Below, one piece after another: positions 1 to 14,517 of a stretch of DNA of 64,000 nucleotides (its first letter is position 1; every line of letters begins with the position of its first letter). The stretch covers positions 1 to 64,000 of the forward strand of contig JYFJ02000135.1 of the NCBI GenBank assembly GCA_000934665.2, written 5' to 3'. The position numbers and the translations under genes were made by a program. This DNA is from Catajapyx aquilonaris. Its lineage: Eukaryota. The notes beneath the pieces are model-generated. The model was not told the origin of the DNA. It made no database searches and worked only from the letters and a program-made list of their open reading frames with translations.

Positions 1-3000
1 TGGAAGTGGCCCAGATGTGGACTACGAGCCTTGAATTGCCCCATTGTGACACTCGGATGCCGCTAAGGACACTGCACATTAGCTCAGAAGGAAAAAAAGG
101 ATCGGTTAAGGGGCACAGACTGTGTGCGACATTAACCCAACCACGACCGGCAACCCCTCGTTAGATTATAAAGTAACTGTAATTCAAAAGCAGTCAGTGG
201 CTAATCACTACCGATGCATGAATGAACGCATTCTCTTTTTGGTATTGCTCTTTTCCCTCATCCGCCTCTTCTCCCCATCCGCCTATTCTGCAGAATGAGG
301 GAGATGCTCTTCCCCCTTGGTATACTGACCGTTATTGAATTATTTGTCAGTAGCGGTTTTTAAAATTGGTCCGGTTTTCACCAGCATGTGACTCCTAAAT
401 GTTGGGCCATATTGGAGAAACAGAAGCACATATATTTGAATACTGGTCCTTATTGGAAGGGACTAGCAGCATAAGTGTTGGCAGTATCTGGGCAAGATAA
501 TGTCCCTAGCAGGTTGAGCATGGGCTACTATTAAGTCCGGTCGCAGCCTGAAGTGACTCTGGGGGTAGGGGTAGGGGGTGGGGGGTTTACCATGACCCAA
601 TGCAGTATAAATATGGAGTGTTAATGAAGGGAGGGGCAGAGCAGTGGCAATCCCCTTCGCTTCCAATTGCCCGACACTGGCTGGGAATGGCCATCAGACT
701 GATTTCGCAGCAATTCCAGGCCGCCACTTATTTAAAATCGGCGTAACTGCGTTCACTTCTCCACTTTGGTGGGGTAGGAGGAGTAGGGTCTTCAGGGGGG
801 AGGGAAAAGGAGTTGTAGCTAATAAAACCACTCGATGCCGCGGCTGTGGATACGAGCATCGTTTACTGTCGAGGGTGGTTTGCTGGGAGTACAGGACCAA
901 GGGTGTGGGTGTTTTTGAAGGGGGGGAGGAGGGAGGGTGCCAGGGTGGGTCGCGAAAAAAAGTTTATCTCCGCTCGTGATACCATCTTTTGCCAATGCTC
1001 ATTCCACCCCGCAGTGTGGAGCGGAGATGGCTCAATATCAGGCAGAGTGTTGCCAGGTCGTATTGGGCCCCGAGAAATCTGCGCCGAGTTGCTTTTATGG
1101 CCAACACTTCCCAGTCTTTAGTGCAGTGCGTAACTCGAGATTATCCCCAGACCAACTTTGGCTGATGATCCGCCATTCGTCGCTCCCTCCCTACCCTACC
1201 CTACCCTACTACCCACACCCAAAAACCTAGGCTCGGACCATCCAAATAAAGTGGGGGACCCTTTCCACTAACACCCTCCTCCGAAAAGGGGACTCTGGAG
1301 GATTATTGTCTCGTTATGAGTAACTTTTCCTCAAGTCATTCAGGAGGCATATGTAAGACATCCTGATTGGCTTGATGCTCGTTGCAAAGTGTCGTCCATG
1401 GTGTGTAAGGAATGGTAGGGTCCAAAGAGTTGATATGTGAGGCAGCCTGGAATGAGCTGGTGCTGATGGGCCTGAATGGCGGAGTTCCCTCTCCCCAATC
1501 TGCGGATAGGTCTGGCTGCTGGAAGCTGGGTGGCAATTTGAGAAGCATAACTGATGAGCCAGGATTGATCAGCCTGCGGGTTTTCATCCGGCCCCATCCG
1601 CAGCTTGCTGGTCCTTAGCTCCTTCCTCCCCAAGCATTATTTCATCGCGCATGATTCTCTAGCCGATTAAATGGACACAGCCAGCAGTTGGAAATAAATG
1701 GTAACCATCCCTGTTATGTTCTTTAGCGTCGAAATGACCATTCCAGGCCAAGATTACTGACTCCATAACCATTCCATTGGACCATAACTGAACCTCGTGA
1801 TGTTTGTCGGAGAGGAACAAGGGAGCTCGACAGGCATTACTCTCCTTATAAACGCGTAAGATGGCCTATAGGAAGCGGGAGAATTCCACTGGCTGTGTCT
1901 ATTGCGGTTTGCCCATAGACCTCCACCACGATTCATGGCCGGGGCTGCACCTATAAAAGCTGAATTGCGCTGCAATTTAAATAAATAACCGAAATTACGG
2001 GGCTTTTTCGGGGGTGGAAACATCACGGCGGCCTTAAATCTTGCTGTCCGCAGAGTTAGGTAGGCGGAGGTCCATTGTGTACGTTACTGGCGTTAAGTAT
2101 GCATTGGGGGCGAAAAGCCTACCCACCGAACATTAGGCTATGCGAGAGGGGGGGCAGGATTAATGCCGGGGTCTGGCTTTGCTCATTTTGGATCATTCGT
2201 CTGGACTACCATCTCTCATGCATGCGGATCAAAACTGCTCTCTCTCGCTCTCTCCAAAAGGGGGGAAATATGAATCATGTGACGTATCGCCACCGGAACA
2301 CTTAGGCGCAGAGAGGCTTACGGTATACCGCACCCCACGTCACAAAAATCAACTGTTGATCTTTCAGTTGGAATTCATTAGTCGAATCAGGTTCCAACCT
2401 GCCATAGACACTTGGCAGATTTCTACCTGTTATCTGATGCGGATACAGTACCGCGGAAACGGAGGTTTTGTGGTAACAAATATTCCTTATTATTTCAGTA
2501 AATAAAACAAGGGTGACCATTGTCAGCTGGACATTGTCTGATATATATCCTGAGCGTGTCTAGCAGCAGCACCCATTGCCATTCCTTGGTCCGGCCTCAT
2601 GAACTTTGTTCTCCTTTATGCAGGCTAGATTCCTTCCGCGCAATCAAAGCGTCAGGCTTGTCTGGCTGAGAGACGACGCCGCTTCCCCGCTTCCCGAGAG
2701 GTGGTTTGGACCCAGCAAGAGATTCTGAGCCCAGAGAGAGTGGCCTGTCCTTCTTCTCAAAGTGACATCGGTGGCCAGTAGAGAAGCTGCCGCCCAGACG
2801 CTTGCGGCCTGGGTGGTCACCATTACTGGTAAGTAGGGAGGACACATGAGGAGACATAGAGTTTGGTCCCTATACCATGGTTGGTGAATCGAGCGGTGTG
2901 ATCAATGTTGAAATCAGGATCACATTTCTGATTCTGGCATGGGTGGCACCGCAGCTCCTAGGCATGGGTTACAGCAAACAAAATATTCTTCGCCGGAGGT

Positions 3001-6000
3001 GTCGGGAAGTTTTGGGAGCTGTCTGTGAGGTTTAGACCGCAGTCACCGCACTGCTGAAGCTTCCTCGCCTTGGTCTCCTCGGAGGGCACCCATGACCCCC
3101 TCCCCTTTCCTTCCCAAGCCCCAACTCCTTCCTCCCCAGGAGGATTCACCTGCACTATTTATGCCGCCGAGAAGGAGGAAGGCCGCATTTATTATTCACC
3201 CGCTTCGTGGGTGCGTCATGACCGCTTCAAAAAGTGTCGCGTTGAACACGCCTCTTCGTCACCTGCACAGGGTGATATTCAAATCGTTTAACCTCTATAC
3301 CATGTGAAAGCTGAAATTCCGCGCTAATTCTGTTTTGGCCTAAAATGTCTGACAAATGAATTCAGTCGGCCGACATATTACAAAATGTGAGGACACTCCA
3401 CCTGTTATTCCTCCCGAGTCTATGACTATTCACGAGACGTCCTACCCTGTTATAAGAATGACTCGGAAGTGAAATCCGAGATGTGCCCTGTCGTCCGGAG
3501 CAAGCAAAAGGACCTTTTTGCGGTCTGGCCAAACTGCCTACCTGTCGTGCCTGGGAGGAAAGGTGACCTCCTGGACTTCTCAGGAAAAGTGTTGCGGTTC
3601 CGAGCAAGCACAGCACTGTCATAAGTCGGACCCCCCTTCGTTTGACACCGGATAAAACCCCGGTCCTTTGCTAATTATCAGCTTGGGAGTCCTCTTGATA
3701 GACAAGGGCCAATCTGTCGGCTCGTTACAGTTCAATTGGAACAGGTTACCTTCATCGAGGACGTGTTTGTGGCCGCTCATTACTCCACTCGGGCCCATCA
3801 TGTATCGCGCGTATTAATTAATACCCGGGTATGCCTGTCCGATGATGCTCAATAATTTATACAGGGGAGGACTCTAGCTTTTCATAGTGCGTTACATCTT
3901 GGCTGTTGGGCAGATAGCTAGCCGGAGCGGAGATTAGGAAAGACGTAATTTCACCTCGCTGCTGCTGGGGGGTTGTTTAATAGTAATGCAGATGAAACGG
4001 GTCGGGTAGACACGCCGGGGCAGTTTTATCCGTCGCATAAAGTCGCAAACTCGGAGTTTACCGGCGACGTACCAAAATTCATGCTGATTAAATTCCCCCC
4101 TCCAACGAGGTGAAAAGTCTGGATTGACCTCGTTTGTAAATTTTCAAAAGGGAGGCTGGGTTGTATTAACATATATGTGGCGAATTATTGATGAAGTTTC
4201 GACACAGCGCAGCGGTTGGAAAAATCCGCGTATTCTGTGGCTAAACTCCCCAATTTGTCTGCAAAGTTGCGGTGCGTGTTGTACAAGAAATTAGTGCATA
4301 ATTAGTACAACCGTCAGGGGAGGTCCTCCCCCACACACCACATACCCGGATGGCACGTATGTTTCAGTTACCACATGTAAGTGCGGTGCGTGTGCTAAGA
4401 ACTGAGCTCCTCACACTTTCCCCCCCTTTTGACATGTACCAAGGGGAGAGTCCAAGGAGAGACATCGTCATTACCTATACATGAAGACAATCTTGACGAG
4501 TCTGTTCATTGTCCAGAAAGGAGTTTAAGGGGGAGGTGAGTCTGGGAGGGTTAGAAGAAGATGAATATAAGAGGAGTCTGCGGTGCCCCGGCTCCATTTC
4601 GACTTGTGTCCGCAGCCCGCCCCCTTGCGGTATGCGGAGTCTTCGGCCCAGGTGACAGCTGGGGTCTAGGACTGGGGACCTAGGACGTCGGGAGGTTGCC
4701 CCCGTCGACAGCCCCCTTCCCCTCAAGCTTCCCGGCTTGGAACCGCACAAGACGGTTTCCTCCACCTCTTCGACTGCACTTATTCAGGGTGTACCTAACA
4801 CTCCAACCCACCCCTCCAGACGAAGATGACGGCATCCCCCTCTCCTTCCCTCCCTCTCAAGATGTACGGGACACTTTTCTTGGTCCGGATGTCGACAGGA
4901 GGCCCTAATTGCTTAAATTTAGTCTAAGAGGTGGTTCATAATTTAGGTTGAAATGTGGACAGTATTTGGCGAATGATGCATAATTCGGCAGGGATTGAGG
5001 AGGGGGGGGGTTCTTCCGCATTAGTTTCGCAGCAGGGTCCTCGACCATCCTTTTCCTGCTCCCAGCTCCACCTGGCTCCCTTCGTCACCTGCAATCCGTC
5101 ACGGCGTCGCCCATTCCACTCTATTGACAAGATTCATTATTCATCCTGGCGAGATATGTGGCCTCTCAGAATGGAGGGAAGGGAAGAATGAAAGAAAAGA
5201 GAGGAGAAAGGATGGAGGGGGTGAAGTCAGGTGTCGGTCCCCGAGCGACAAGAGTCACCATCAAGCAAGAACAATAAGGCGTCTCGCCACAGACACTTCT
5301 ATTTCCCATCAGTCACACGTGGCAGGAGGTCCGCCGTACAGGAGGTTCAATGGAAAGGCCTTTTTCTCCAAATAGGCATCGCGGTGATGACAGGAGAAGG
5401 GACAAAAAATATGAAGCCCGTGTCTGGTCTGGCACCTGCAGGTGAAAGAATAACAATCTGCGGCTGCATACAGTAAATTGTTTGTCCTGCTGCCAACAGA
5501 TGGACCGGGCAGCCACGCCATCTCTGGGAATAAATCAGCTTATTGGTGTCCTGCACAACCTCGTTAAGAGTGGGATTAATGCAGATATTTTTGCACTGTT
5601 TAAGCACATTAAGGAAATCATTGATTGATTCGAGTTATGATGGTTTTAAATTTGATGTTTTAAAGGTTAGCCTGATTTTCATGTCAGAAACTTACGTACT
5701 GTACATTTCTAGGACAATGTTTTTAGCCAAAATGTAACTGATCTACTGCATTTCAGGTTGAACTTCTTGCTCCAAGTAAATAGCACAGGTCATACCAATA
5801 ATGATTCTCACCCTTATTACTATTTTAGCAGCTACGATGCACCACACTAAAGTCAATATTATGCAGTCTACCCGAGAAGTCTCTCCGGAAGCAATGAAAA
5901 ACCTTCCACATAAACAAGTGACTCACCAACCAACAACAATACCATAACTTACCCTCCACAACACACTACACGCATTTCTTCCAACTAAAACATTGCATAA

Positions 6001-6908
6001 AACGTTTCCTCCCATTTACTTCCCTCCAGCCCACCAAAGATCAATCCATATCCCATCAGCAGCCAACACTTCATCTTTTGCATACAACCATAAATACAAG
6101 TTAGCCCTGATTTGCAGTGGTCGCTGGATCCGGTCCAAAAAGCCAGCTCCACGATATCCTTGGCCCTATCCTCTCTCCATCCACTCCCACTAGCAATGGC
6201 TGCATTACTATTAATTATGACAAGAAGCGAGACAAGAGTCCAGCTTGTGCCACGGGGACGAAAAGTGCAGTGGGGAATATGACAGCGCCCGGACGTTTCT
6301 TCATAATTTACCATCCGAGGTATAGATCGAGATGTCGCTTCCGGGCAGATGACAACCTTTGTAAAGCCCTTCTGCCTGCTCTTCTCTCTCGGCTGCAGAT
6401 GAGTTAGTTGTGGCTGGGCGGGAAGAGGTGGAGGAAAAATTTTTGCCACATGTTCCCGAAATGAACAGACGGAAAAGAAAGGAGACGATGCGGGCGACTG
6501 ATAGCAAAAATTACATGGGCTGCTGAAGTCAGATCGAGATGGGGAGGTGAGATGCCTTCCGGAGTGTCAGAGAGATGTATCAGAAAAGAGGGGTGGGTGG
6601 GTTGTGGTGAAAAGCAGGTTATTGATGGAAGAAAAGGGGAGGAGAGGAGGAGTGAAGAAAAAGAAAAAAAAAAAGAAGGACCGAGGAGTCCTTCGGAGCA
6701 GGAGGGGCCCCCGATGCCTTTTGTTCCCAGCCTGATTGCAGCAGAATTCCACGTCGTGGAATAACAATGACGTGCGTCAAGGGAGAAAGTGATGGCTTTC
6801 AAAGGGCTCCGGGCGCAAATTAGTGGAAAACTGGATCCCCGCAAGCCTAATTTTCAAGCACAGACCGCGCGATTGACTCCAGCCATGTTTCTGTATACCT
6901 GCCAAAAA

Positions 6909-7010
6909 CTGTGAGGGGCTCTGGTTCGATCACCTGGCCGGGCACTCGTCACTCACTTGACGGGCGATCAGGCCCAATCGGCCCGTGCCGATGACCTGAA
7001 AGTGGTTAAG
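6909..7010 (+). mobile_element. Possible degenerate or truncated SINE fragment
   Basis: B-box-like GGTTCGATC at 6923-6931 in a context similar to the SINE head at 41070-41110. Hairpin ACGGGC/GCCCGT (6960-6986), then a CCGATGACC tail-like motif. No A-box or TSD found. Confidence 0.3.
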
Positions 7011-7437
7011 ATAGCTTCAAAAGCTCCTGGAAAGGTGTCAGGTTATCGGTTTTATCTCACTTGTTTTAGGCCAGACGCACAGGTATTACAAGATGCTCAT
7101 ACGTTTTAAGTCCATAGTAGATCCTCGTAAAAGTTTAGTCGAAATGTCAGGTAAATCTGAGTAGATTTAGTCCTTGCCATGATCGTTTCTTAGCTGCAGC
7201 CTTCACTATTTTTAGTCTAATTGCGCTCACAATAATGCAGTACAAAATGAAAAAAGTGACACTCTATTCTATAATAACCTGTCATTGAAGGGATCCCAAA
7301 GATAAATGAAATTTACGTAAACGACGCGTTTTAGTGTGGAAATTTTGATGAACTGAAATTTTTGTGGATATTCTTGGTACATTACTCGTGTAATGCCCAG
7401 GATATGTTATTCAATTGTTTCATTCATGTTTGTTGTT

Positions 7438-7484
7438 TCGTACTTTTTCTCGTACTTTTTCTCGTACTTTTTCTCGTACTTTTT
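7438..7484. repeat. 12-bp tandem repeat (TCGTACTTTTTC) x ~4
   Basis: Read directly from the sequence. Confidence 0.9.
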
Positions 7485-10400
7485 GATCGAAATTTTGAGA
7501 AATTCATACATTTCTGTTTTGAAATGTCCGACTCTCGTCCTCTATAGTCTTTACTCAGCGTGTTTGCAGATATCTGGCGCACCCAACAGCACATGACCAC
7601 TTGCGAAAGTCCAGAATAGTTGAAATACAAAGCGGAGGTGACGAGTGAGTGAGTGGATTCCGTCCGTTTCGCAAATCCCAATTACCGCTTTGTTGCGTCT
7701 AGGCGACCCCATCTAAACTTAGCCGATCACAAAGAGGACCAAATGGCCATTCCTACGGGTTGTGACATTGACGGGTTTCCTCATAGTTGGCAGCCGTCTT
7801 CGTCTTGAAAAAGCTGCTGTTGGGTGGGTGGGTGGGTGGAAAATAAGGGAAAGGCGAGCTGTAAAGCAGTCCGGGTCCTTCTTCTTCTTGCGCTGTTTAC
7901 AGAGGCTTCCTCCGGCAGCTTCCCATCCCCCTAGCCTGGTGATAATTGCTTCCCGTTCTTCATTTGTCAGCTCTATGTCACTCCGGTGATGTATCTGAAG
8001 CAGCTGAGTTGAAGTACGTGCAGTTTCCTGCTCGGCGCCGGAGACACTGAAATACTGTCAGAGAAGGTTGCGGTCTCCGGATCAGATTGACTGCTGTCTC
8101 GCAAAACACTTTTCGAGACTCGCCCCCCCAAACTTTGAAATTGTTTGCGTTGTTGGAAGGAAGGGGAGAGGAGACGTCTCTCACAAAACACCAGCACCGG
8201 AGACAGAGCCAAAGCCAAGAGAGCTGTGTCATACCATGAACAAAAGCACGCCCAATGACATGGCAAAAGACGATATTTTTGCGTCGTTTGATGTACCAAT
8301 ATGGCCATTGACTTTTTTGAAATGACAGTTAATTTTGGCTTGTTTAAGTGGGGAGGATGTTATGCAAGTGCGCCAATTTTGAATCGACGTACCACGTGGT
8401 TCGTCATTAGGGGCTCATGTCAGAGCAGATCGATATATTTGATACCTAATTTCTCACCAATCAAGGGAGGACCCTTGCCGACTGTAATCTCAAATTTGAA
8501 TCCGTATTTGCACTATCAAATGTTTTGAATGGGTTTCGGCCCAATTTCAGTGATTTTTGTGCTAATGTAAATTTAAACTTGAGCTTTTGAAATTATTTTC
8601 ATTGGATGTTTAAGTCCAGTTCATTCAAGGAATTGATTTTGATTTTTCTTTACAGTTCGCCTTTGACAGTTAAATTTTCCACTTCTTTTTCATATATTGT
8701 CAAGTGATTAATAATATGAAGGAAGAGTCCATTCATTTAGGTGCTTTCACTCAGGAGATCTGATAAGAAATACGTTACTGAATGTCGCATATTTATTTCA
8801 TGTTTTTAAGCCCTATAGTATAATTGTGACTTTGATCTCAGACATTTCTGTCTACCTGTTCTATAGAGAAATGTCGGGTTTGTTGATTGTGTTTTTTCAC
8901 TTCCAAAAATAGCTGAAATAGCGATTTCAAAAATTCTCGCTCACACTTGTGTTGAAATTTCAGCTCAAAAATTTATAGTGTGTGAACACGCCTAGAGACG
9001 AGGTCGTCCAAAATACCCTGTGTGTTGTGCGTGTCCATTGTCTCGCAAATTGAAGTAAAAGAAAGCGTTTGTCACCCGCTTGCAGCTGGCGCTCCTTGAG
9101 GACGACGCCCTAGGACCGGCGGTGACCACCTTTTCCAAAACACATCAAAAAATATGAGCACCGTTGCACTTTGATGTGACGGCGGAATATATGGCCTCCT
9201 GCCTGCGCCTCCTGGAGCAGTTAAGTGTGACACATAGCCTTCTTCCTTGCGAGAAGAGCTGATGAGCAGCCTCCACGAGTCCACCGAAAAAGAGAAAATA
9301 ATAACAAATAAAGAAAGAGCGACGTTCGTCACCTGCCTTTGGCCACGTCCCATTTCGTCAAGAGAGCCAAGACGGGCAATAATCTTAACGCCTGATTTAC
9401 GCCAAAGGTCGCCTGGACTTGGACGCGGGCCTACTTGTGCAATTTGCTGCTTTAGACGCACAAACTGTCGCTACGTGGCAAAATCACAGCTTCCGGCCTG
9501 TTTAGCATCTACTGCAGTCACGTAGCTCATAGATGGCGCCACATGGATCAGGTCAAATTGGACAAGGAAAATGTTATCTTCGCCTTATTACACATGCAGT
9601 AAATTCTTATGGGGAAAAATTAACAATAATATTAATATGCATTTGTGGAAGTGAGCAAAGGCATATCTGCTGGCCGATACATCGACACACGATTTTTCCG
9701 CGGGCAGTTCAAATCCCCGTCAAGCCATCGCCATTTTGAAACCGATTCCAACGCGACGTCCGGTAATAACAACTTAAGTCCATTACCGAGCCCGATTTGC
9801 ACTCTGCATTGATTTGATTAGAGCCCGTTTGCGTCAACCGCCGCGCCTGATCTTTTTGTATAACAATGGCGGCGGTAATGTTGGGTGATAGTTACCTTGC
9901 AACTCAATTTCTCTCAGAGGCTGAGGAGCTTTTTTTTTTCTTCTTTCTTCTTTTTCTTTTTTTTTCCAAACGATAGCGACAGCGCACTTCTGAATGGAAG
10001 GAGCTGCCCCGGTAATCAGTATCCATCTCAGTTTTCCAAGCTGGATTCCTCGCACACTGCCTCCTAACTCATCTCCACTTAACTTTCTTAATTTTCTTTC
10101 TCGTCTTGCTGCGAGACCCCTCCTCCTCCTCTTCCCGTTTCCCTCCTCTTCATAAAGGAGGATCCCAGATTGGCGACGTCATCTCCAGAAAACGCGATAG
10201 CTTTTGATTTTCGTCGCGGCCAAAAAATATTTTTTTAGCGCGCCATCTTTCGGACACCATCCCGCTGCAGTGTTACCTGCATTGGGGTAATGTCAATCAT
10301 AACCCGGATCGAAGCCTCGATTTGCTATGGATGTGGGTCCCCTGTCGAAAGCCTCTCCCACCTCTTTAATTAATGACTAACGGAATGAATCGGTGTTTAT

Positions 10401-13400
10401 CTACCGGAGATTGAACAACACTCTGCACTCTTCCATTTACCCCAAATTGAATTATCCTGCATAATTCATAAAAATCTGCACGCCAATTCCGCAACAGTCA
10501 CTCGGAGCAATAATGGACGCTAATTCCGGTGCTTTGATTTTTGTCAAAAGTTTCCATCCTGGCAGTTCAAAACTCATAGTATGCACTATATGCAACCAGG
10601 ATATACAATTATTTACGTACTAATTGTAAGTAATTAATTTATTCCCAAGTGCATAAATTTACTCGCCAGAAAATACATTTTTTACCTATAAATAAATTTA
10701 GTTATCAGTAAATGAATTTAATGCGTCAGTAAATGATTTGTATTCAACAGGTAAATTTATTCAAATTGCATTCAGATTTTTTTATTATTTTTCCACCTGC
10801 GAAAAATTAAAATGCCTTTTGCGCTGTGGTGATGTACACTGTATTACATAAAAAAGGAAGTAAGTGGCGGATGTTTTCAAAAATTCGATAACTTGTGTCC
10901 ACCCTGTAACCCTCGACTTTCTCCCCCTCCCTCCCTCCCTCCCCTCATCTCCATCCTCCCTGCCCCGCCCTCTTTCCCAGAGCAACAGGTAGCCGGGAAG
11001 GAAATAGCTTTTTGACTTGCATCGAAAAAATCAGCCTCTGCTTTTCCCAGCCCACCGAAACTTGCCTGGGACAAAATAGCTCCACTTTATTTTGCATAAG
11101 CAGCCTTTTTGCACACTCTTCACCTTGGGAAGGGTTGCGGTGACTTGTATGAATACGTGACAGCTAACATGGCTTTCATTATGTAAGATTTGTGACACAT
11201 GGCGCATGTTGTCTGGATTGCTGCAACTTGCACGTTAGGTGAGGCTTGATAGAAAATAATGCTATTTTGAGGCGCAGTTTTATCGGAAATTATTCCTGGT
11301 TATGTTTGCTGAACGTGCTCAAGTATTTTTGGTCGAAGCGGACATTTCGCACCTTGGAAACCGCTGCTTCCTTTAAAACTCTCCGGTTATCCTAAACTAT
11401 AACGATAATGTGCGTCTTATCTCAGGACGCAATGAGTGCAAACGGCAGACCGTGCGGATGAAAATTGCTCTAATCTTTAGGCCGTCTGCAATAAATAATT
11501 ACCATTTCAACTCGTTAATTGGACACGCGTAAGGAAATTCGGGGGGGGGGGGCGACATCATTACCAAAACGATGTGATGTCATACGAGTGTCGTTATGTT
11601 CCCTGCGGGAAATCATGTCAGTATTTTGTTAATTTATTAATTTGTTTAATTTATGTGATTCAGTCGCCTTATTTGTTCCAATTTGTTATTTGTCTATTTA
11701 TTATTTTATTTACTTGCATTTTAGATATTATACACCTGGATGGACTCCCAGCACCCTTTCCTCTACCGGACAACACCATCCAACTCACCACCACGCCACC
11801 TACCGACTTCAGGTGCCACAACGTCACTGCCAGCTCTAAATGTCACCATCGCTTTGGTGACACTTTTGTCCAGTGATTAGAGAATCTTAATCCAGGTGTG
11901 AGTTGAGCCACGATGAGTATGCCATACGAAAATGAGGTCACGAGACGGAAGTTTGCGGGGCCGTCGCACCAACTCCATCGTCGACGGAGCTACGAAACGC
12001 TCCTGGAGTCAATGGTCTAATAAGTCTTAGCGTATAATGTTTCAAGGGTCATTAGTCTATAATAGGCCTATAATCCTGATATATGGCGGTTAATATTCCA
12101 GGGGATAAGTGGGTATATCCCATCGTGCCCAGGCTTGCAAAAGGGAGTCTGGGGGGTGTGGAAGGATGGGTGGGAAGGTGGGGGAGACAACGACAATGGA
12201 AAGAGAAGGGACGCTGCGTCAAATGCGCTAAAGTATAGTTGCGGGGCTCCCGGGCTTTTGCGGCGCTTATTTACACAGCGGATGACGCGTCGAGGACAAT
12301 ATTTCAAGTCCGGGGGTATACAGCAGGATGGGGTAGGAGAGAGGGAGGGATGGGGTGAATCAGAGTCAGTCGGCGTTTTGATCCGTTTTCCCTTCTCTTA
12401 CAACCCCCGGAGGTTAGAAACTTGGCGTTGAGGTAACGCTACCGGGGAGATTACCGTGTCGGCAACTTGCTCGTAAATTGCGGGAAGAGATTGTGACGCG
12501 CCTTGTTACCTCTTTGTTTGCAAGCCAGCGCCAGGGTATAATTGACTAGTGTTATGGAGGGTGGGGAGGATGAGAGGGGGGGCACGACACTCTACGATAA
12601 TTGGTGAATAGGATTATTTATGAGAAGCTCCGTGTTGGCTACTACCCGGTTCCTCCGGTTTCGTCGCAGTTCCTCTGCAATACATATTTTCATGAATAAT
12701 AATTGGCACCAAATGGGTATCAAACATTATTTGAACACCTTGTTCTGCTTTCGTATGCTGCTAGCTATGGCTATAGGCCTACTATTAGACCTATACATAA
12801 AAATTCGAAAATCATCTATCAGCATACATATCTCATCACCAAGTGGCCAGAACCATCAGGCCCGACACAGATCCGACCACACAAATCCCAGGACCATATT
12901 TTTAGATATCATTTCTTGAGGCGCTTTTGGAAAGTAGTTTTTCCCAGGCTCCCATAAGCAACCACGCCCATTCATGGCTACCCCGGGCGTGTCCACCCCA
13001 CAATGAGCAGAAAATCACCCGAAAGCTCAGTCCCTTATACGGTTGGGGCACATCTCAATTATTACTCCTCCTGAAAGATCTCTCCATAAAAAAAGTTTTA
13101 AAAAATAAAATAAAAAAATATCAAACTGCAAATGCGGTTTGCAAACCGCACTCGCACCTGTTGTCCGGGTCTTCCCTTTCTTCGTTGCATGTCAGCGCGG
13201 TGAAAATCCACGTCAGTCCTATTTTGGCCGAATGCAAAAGCGGACAAGAGGATGCCATGGCCACGCCTGTGGCCGCAGACTGGTCACAATGGATTCCCTG
13301 AAGCAAGACAAGGCGGCCCAAGGATTCCCGTGACCATCTCTCGCTCTTGGCCCCGACGTGAATCACGGATCTAGAGAGAGGGAAAATCGAATCAGACGCT

Positions 13401-14304
13401 CCTCGGAAGCCAGAATATTTGGAATTTTTCCCATCCACTCGTGTGATTCCGTGTCTGAAAATACAACCCTGAGGAAAAACCTGGAACCTATATGGGGATG
13501 GTGAAGGGGGGGGATATTAACCTCCATGGTCATCCAACCACGGTTGTAAACAAAATACTTGCAGTGCGGGCTTATTAATTAACTTTTGGGTTGCACCCAC
13601 CGGAAAAAAATGGCTGGTAAATTGTAACCTCTCGGACTCTTGGCCACGATTCCATATTTGCTGCTGGAAGGGTCCAGTTATGTGGAAATTATCATATTGG
13701 AAGCGTTACCAACTGGGTGCCAAATCGCGCTTTGGAAGGAAAAAATGCCTAGGTGGACCCCCCCGAAATGTGTTATTAATCGGTCATTGGCATTTGACCA
13801 ACTGATATTGGGCGGGTAGGGTCCAAGTTATTTCTTTATTCTCTTTTTGGACCATAAAGCAAAGGGCAGCACATTGTTTTCTTCGGTGGTAATATCTGGG
13901 AGATGCATACGAATGGAACGGGAGATTAGAGCTTGGGTTATAAAACGTGATAAAAGTCCAGAGCATCAAACCAATGAACCGTGCAACACCGGCAGACTGT
14001 CCTGTAATGCAAGAAATTACATCGTGCTTGAAGCACGTTTCCCTACACAAATCCGGGGGGGCCCGGTTTTTCCAGCCATTGTTTCACCGCATCGAACACA
14101 TTATTGGATGAACTAGGATGATCGCATTAAGCCGCTTTTCTCGGAATCCGGCAATCAATCGGCTGCTAACCGCTGCATGAAACAATTTGTGGCGGCGATA
14201 GTTTGGAAGGGTTATGGTGTCGTCGCTGACGTAAATGTTACAATTGTCAGAACCTGTTTTCCGTATCAGGAATGGTAGGGAAAAAGGTTAGGTCGAAAGC
14301 TCTT

Positions 14305-14517
14305 GAAATGCATAATTTCCTATTACAATGCATGCAACTTCAGATAGGCGAAAAAATTATTCATTATTCTAAATAATGCTTAGGTGCATATTTTCCTATT
14401 CAATATTTAGTGTCCGTTATTAATCTACATAACATAAAAAATATTTTCTTGCATTATGTAAGGCAGCATACACTAAATTGCATTTTATTACACACTTGGT
14501 GCATATTATTCTGGGTG
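14305..14517. mobile_element. Degenerate AT-rich repeat remnant related to the 50.4-50.9 kb element
   Basis: TAGGTGCATATTTT (14381-14394) is the exact reverse complement of AAAATATGCACCTA (50409-50422). Further GTGCATA/TAGGCGAA units are present. Boundaries are approximate. Confidence 0.4.

Noticed and set aside
8978..8994. PIF/Harbinger-like TIR end GTGTGAACACGCCTA
   Set aside because: No matching opposite terminus found.
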